Positions 60,598 through 64,000 of a stretch of DNA of 64,000 nucleotides are shown here, one piece after another. Position 1 is the first letter of the stretch. Every line of letters begins with the position of its first letter. Both the position numbers and the translations under genes were made by a program. This DNA comes from Naegleria gruberi (lineage: Eukaryota). The stretch lies in assembly GCA_000004985.1 (NCBI GenBank), contig GG738882.1; one strand, written 5' to 3'. Below the pieces are notes generated by a model. The model had not been told where the DNA came from. It did no database searches and was given only the letters and a program-made list of their open reading frames with translations.

Positions 60598-63294
60598 ATG
60601 AGTTCAAATAGAGGAGGTGGAGGTAATAGTAGAGGAGGAGAGAGAGGAGGTGGCACTTATAGAGGTGGCAGTAGAGGAGGTGGAGGTGCTGGTAGGGGAA
60701 GTGGTAGTAGCAGAGCAGTGGTGGATCATCATTCTGGAGGAAGTAGCAGTGGTCAATTCCATTCAAGTAGACCTTCGTCATCATCATCATCAGGTGGAGC
60801 TAGTAGTAGTAGCAGTAGCAGTCGTGGTTCTTATGGTTCAAAGACACCTTCCCATGGTGGTCGTGGAACTGGTTTCAACCAACAGCCTTCTCAACTATCA
60901 TTTGGTAATAGAAAAGCCATTGAGGAAGTTTCCATCAGAACTATCAAGATTGAAGATCTCTCAAATGTTGGCTCTTCGAGTGCACAAACAGAAAGACCAG
61001 CAGAAAGCACTACCTCACGTGCTGTAGTCAACTATTTCCCTGTAAAAGCTCCTGAGGGACCTTTCTATCTCTATGATGTAAAGATTAATCCTGATGTTGA
61101 CAGCAAGTATTTTGCTGGGAACTTAGTCAAACAAGTCATGCCAATCAATGAGATTTATCTTTTTGATGGAACAACAGTTCTCTACACTAAAAATCCACTC
61201 ACCAAGAATAAGGAAACTTTTGAGAAAACTTTAGTTAAGGATAAGAAAGTCTACAAGGTTACAATTAATTTTGCTAGAAGTATAACCTCTAAAGTAATAG
61301 ATGCAACCACTCTCCAATTTATGAATATCATTTTGAGAAAGGCTCAAAACAGCTTGCATTTACAAAGAATTGGCAGACATTACTATAATACTAACGAAAA
61401 AGTCGTTGCCAATATTGAAAATCATCATATTAAGATATTACCTGGTGCATTATCAACAACATTCTTAGGCAGCAAGGGGCTGATGTTGAATGTGGACATG
61501 ATCTACAAAACTTTAAGAACAGACACTGTGTATTCTATGCTTATGGATCTAATGGACAAGTTTGATAGTCATGACAGAATTGCAAATGAATTCAGAAATA
61601 CCATTGTATTATGCACCTACAATCAACGAACTGTACATATTGATGATGTAGATTTTGAAAAGACCCCAAAATCTACATTTGTAAAGAAAACTGGTGAAAA
61701 GATTACATTTGCCAAATATTATCAAGAACAATACAAAATTAAGGTTAAGGATATGAATCAACCATTGTTAAAGCATGTAGATAGAAAAGACCCTCAAAAA
61801 ATTGAATATTATCTACCTGAATTGTGTTTGCTTACTGGATTGACTGATGATATGAGAAAGAATCACCAATTAATGAAGGCTCTCAAGGATGCCACAGGTC
61901 TCACTCCAAATCAAAGAATTAGACAAATTGTACACTCACAACAAGAATGTCTTCAAAATGAGGAATATACCGACCAATTAGGTCTTTGGGGATTGGAAAT
62001 TAATGATAAGTTATTGGAGGTGGAGACCACTGTTCTTCCATGCGAGAAAGTGGAATTTGGTGATAATTTGCAAAAAACTGCCACTGGAGCATCTTGGGAG
62101 GTAAAGAGAGAAAAACTCTTCAAACCAGTTAAGATCGACAATTGGTGTGTTTTCCATCCAAATGGAACAAAACAAGACACTACAAACTTTATCAAATCAT
62201 TGAATGATGTTTCCAAGCCAATAGGAATGATTTTAGGAACTCCTAAACTAGTTGAACTTAGTGGAAACAATGAGGAAACATATGCATCTGAAATTGAAGA
62301 ATATATGAGCGGTAATAAGCCTTCTTTTGCTCTGGTGGTTTTATTTAATGATCAAAAGCAAAGATATTCGAGAGTCAAGGAGGTATTGTGCAATCAAGTT
62401 GGTATAATTAGCCAATGTGTTAAATTGAGTACCATTACTAACGAAAAGGGATTAGCATCTAAGGCAACCAAGGTAATAGTGCAAATTTGTTCTAAAATGG
62501 GAGGTGCACCATGGACAGTTCCTCTTGCTTTTCCAAACAAGGAACCAACTATGATTATTGGAATGGATGTATACCACTCAGGAGAAATTTACAAAAGAAA
62601 AAAGGCTAGTGTAGCTGGATTTGTAGCAAGTATTGATGCAAAAATTTCTACATACTTTACAAAGTGTATAATTCAAGAAGCTGGAAAGGAAATTGTAGAT
62701 GAGTTGGAAGAATGTATGACTGCTGCCCTCAACAAATTCAAGGAAAAGAATAAGATATTACCAAAACATGTTATTTTCTATAGAGATGGTGTTGGAGAAG
62801 GCCAGAAAGAGGCTGTATTGGAGAGGGAAGTAATGGCTTGTAAGAAAGCTATTATGAATATTGCTCCAAGTTGCAAACTCAATTATATTGTAGTTTCCAA
62901 GAGAATTAATACTAGAATATTTGCTCAAACAGATCCAACCAAGCCAACTGATTTCACCAATCCACAACCTGGAACAGTTTTGGATTATGGAGTTACCAGT
63001 CAAAGAGAAGATCCTTTGGCCATTGAATTTTATTTGGTTGCTCAAAAGGTTGATAATGGTCAAGGAACAGCTACTCCAACCAAATACCACTCCATCTTTA
63101 ACGAAAGCTCTCTGTCTAAACAATATTTGGAGACACTTTCATTCAGACTTTGCCACAATTATTATAATTGGTTTGGAACTATCAGAGTGCCATCTCCATG
63201 TATGTATGCACACAAGATTGCTTCCTTAGTTGGACAATACACCAAATCAGCAGACTTTAAAGATGTGCTTAACGACAAACTCTTCTACTTGTAA
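60598..63294 (+). CDS. Argonaute/Piwi family protein with an RGG/GAR-rich N-terminus and an intact DDH catalytic triad.
   Basis: 898 aa. N-terminal Gly/Arg repeats (GGGGNSRGGERGGGTYRGGSRGGGGAGRGSGSS). PAZ-like middle region. The Piwi domain carries IIGMDVYHSGE, VIFYRDGVGEGQ and PSPCMYAHKIASLVG (D, D, H). Confidence 0.9.
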   Translation: MSSNRGGGGNSRGGERGGGTYRGGSRGGGGAGRGSGSSRAVVDHHSGGSSSGQFHSSRPSSSSSSGGASSSSSSSRGSYGSKTPSHGGRGTGFNQQPSQLSFGNRKAIEEVSIRTIKIEDLSNVGSSSAQTERPAESTTSRAVVNYFPVKAPEGPFYLYDVKINPDVDSKYFAGNLVKQVMPINEIYLFDGTTVLYTKNPLTKNKETFEKTLVKDKKVYKVTINFARSITSKVIDATTLQFMNIILRKAQNSLHLQRIGRHYYNTNEKVVANIENHHIKILPGALSTTFLGSKGLMLNVDMIYKTLRTDTVYSMLMDLMDKFDSHDRIANEFRNTIVLCTYNQRTVHIDDVDFEKTPKSTFVKKTGEKITFAKYYQEQYKIKVKDMNQPLLKHVDRKDPQKIEYYLPELCLLTGLTDDMRKNHQLMKALKDATGLTPNQRIRQIVHSQQECLQNEEYTDQLGLWGLEINDKLLEVETTVLPCEKVEFGDNLQKTATGASWEVKREKLFKPVKIDNWCVFHPNGTKQDTTNFIKSLNDVSKPIGMILGTPKLVELSGNNEETYASEIEEYMSGNKPSFALVVLFNDQKQRYSRVKEVLCNQVGIISQCVKLSTITNEKGLASKATKVIVQICSKMGGAPWTVPLAFPNKEPTMIIGMDVYHSGEIYKRKKASVAGFVASIDAKISTYFTKCIIQEAGKEIVDELEECMTAALNKFKEKNKILPKHVIFYRDGVGEGQKEAVLEREVMACKKAIMNIAPSCKLNYIVVSKRINTRIFAQTDPTKPTDFTNPQPGTVLDYGVTSQREDPLAIEFYLVAQKVDNGQGTATPTKYHSIFNESSLSKQYLETLSFRLCHNYYNWFGTIRVPSPCMYAHKIASLVGQYTKSADFKDVLNDKLFYL

Positions 63295-64000
63295 ATAATA
63301 TATATTACTACTGTATTAAATATCAATAATTAAACAATCTTGTTTTGATGCTACATTGAAAAAACACGTCCAGATGTTGGTGATATCCCTTAAAAATTAG
63401 TCCTTAAAAAAAACCAAAAGACCAACGACTAAAAAATTCAGGTAGAGACAAAAAACGATGCCATCATTAAAGAAGAACCAACATGGAACTCCCTGTTCTG
63501 TTATCATTCACCTTTCAACAATTTCTTCCCAAGCATCTTGACTTATATGATCTGGAAACTATCTCGATGGTGTTCTATTCAATAATCTATATGAAAATGA
63601 GAAGAATTCTTAATACAATTAACTATTCAATTGATGAAATCTGCTCAACTAAAGGAGAGAGTTGGGGAATGGATACTTGCTCTAATCCTGATTCCAAAAA
63701 GTTAGAGGAAATAGAAGATGGTAAATATGTAAACGCAAATTCATTTTGATATTGCTGTATTAATATGGGATTTATATTTATCTGAAGGAAATAAGGAACT
63801 GCGTACCATAAAAAACATTAATTATTTAATTGATCTTTTGATTTTCTGCAAAATAGAATGATGTTGTTGGTAACCCGCTAAAATATTTCCACGTAAATAT
63901 TTTTATTTTTTCATAAATTTTTTCGCACTTTTGTTAACAAAAATTCAAGTCAAACTTTATTGATTTTCGTTAATAATTAACAAAAAAAACGAAATAAAAA

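Noticed and set aside
63483-63749. 88-aa ORF after the Piwi gene.
   Set aside because: No homology, no A-run start context, and it lies in the AT-rich window end. It is more likely 3' UTR or intergenic sequence.
1-64000. Prokaryotic interpretation (operons, CRISPR arrays, phage/IS elements).
   Set aside because: The gene content is eukaryotic: RNA Pol II with CTD, E1 enzyme, Integrator, NCoR-like and RCC1. Spliceosomal GTAAGT...AG introns are present. No direct-repeat/spacer arrays or Shine-Dalgarno-linked gene strings were found.
1-64000. Ciliate-type alternative genetic code suggested by AT-richness and Q/N-rich proteins.
   Set aside because: Long conserved ORFs (RPB1, UBA1, Piwi) read through with standard stops, and Gln tracts are encoded by CAA/CAG rather than TAA/TAG.

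Overview
This window is gene-dense nuclear DNA from an AT-rich eukaryote. Long uninterrupted ORFs use the standard genetic code, start codons sit behind A-runs (aaaaaATG), and coding regions carry poly-N/Q/H/T tracts. Introns are few, very short (about 41-67 nt) and of the GTAAGT...(Y)AG type. There are no prokaryotic features such as operons or CRISPR arrays. The style is amoebozoan- or dictyostelid-like, but the organism cannot be fixed from sequence alone. I recognise the following housekeeping genes: RNA polymerase II largest subunit with a degenerate CTD, ubiquitin-activating enzyme E1, cytoplasmic aspartyl-tRNA synthetase, deoxyhypusine hydroxylase, Integrator subunit 9, an Argonaute/Piwi protein with an RGG-rich N-terminus, an SPX-EXS (XPR1/PHO1-like) protein, an RCC1-repeat protein, an ankyrin-repeat protein, an F-box/LRR protein, a PX-domain protein, a NCoR-like SANT protein and a DEDDy 3'-5' exonuclease. 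Several genes contain short introns that the six-frame ORF track splits or misreads, and the track also treats GTG/TTG as Met at several ORF starts. The most unusual content is a set of divergent signalling and pseudo-enzyme genes, listed next. (1) A four-exon gene fuses a Kelch beta-propeller and TPR-like repeats to a G-alpha-like domain with degenerate nucleotide-binding motifs; an RGS-domain gene lies immediately downstream. (2) An eEF1A/HBS1-family translational-GTPase-like protein has all G motifs degenerate. (3) A receptor-type protein has an extracellular double-Cache-like domain, a TM helix, a HAMP-like linker and a cyclase homology domain. (4) An N-myristoylated soluble protein carries two divergent cyclase homology domains. 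(5) A 766-aa cysteine-rich gene has a decayed tandem paralog directly upstream; it may be transposase-derived or belong to a multicopy family.
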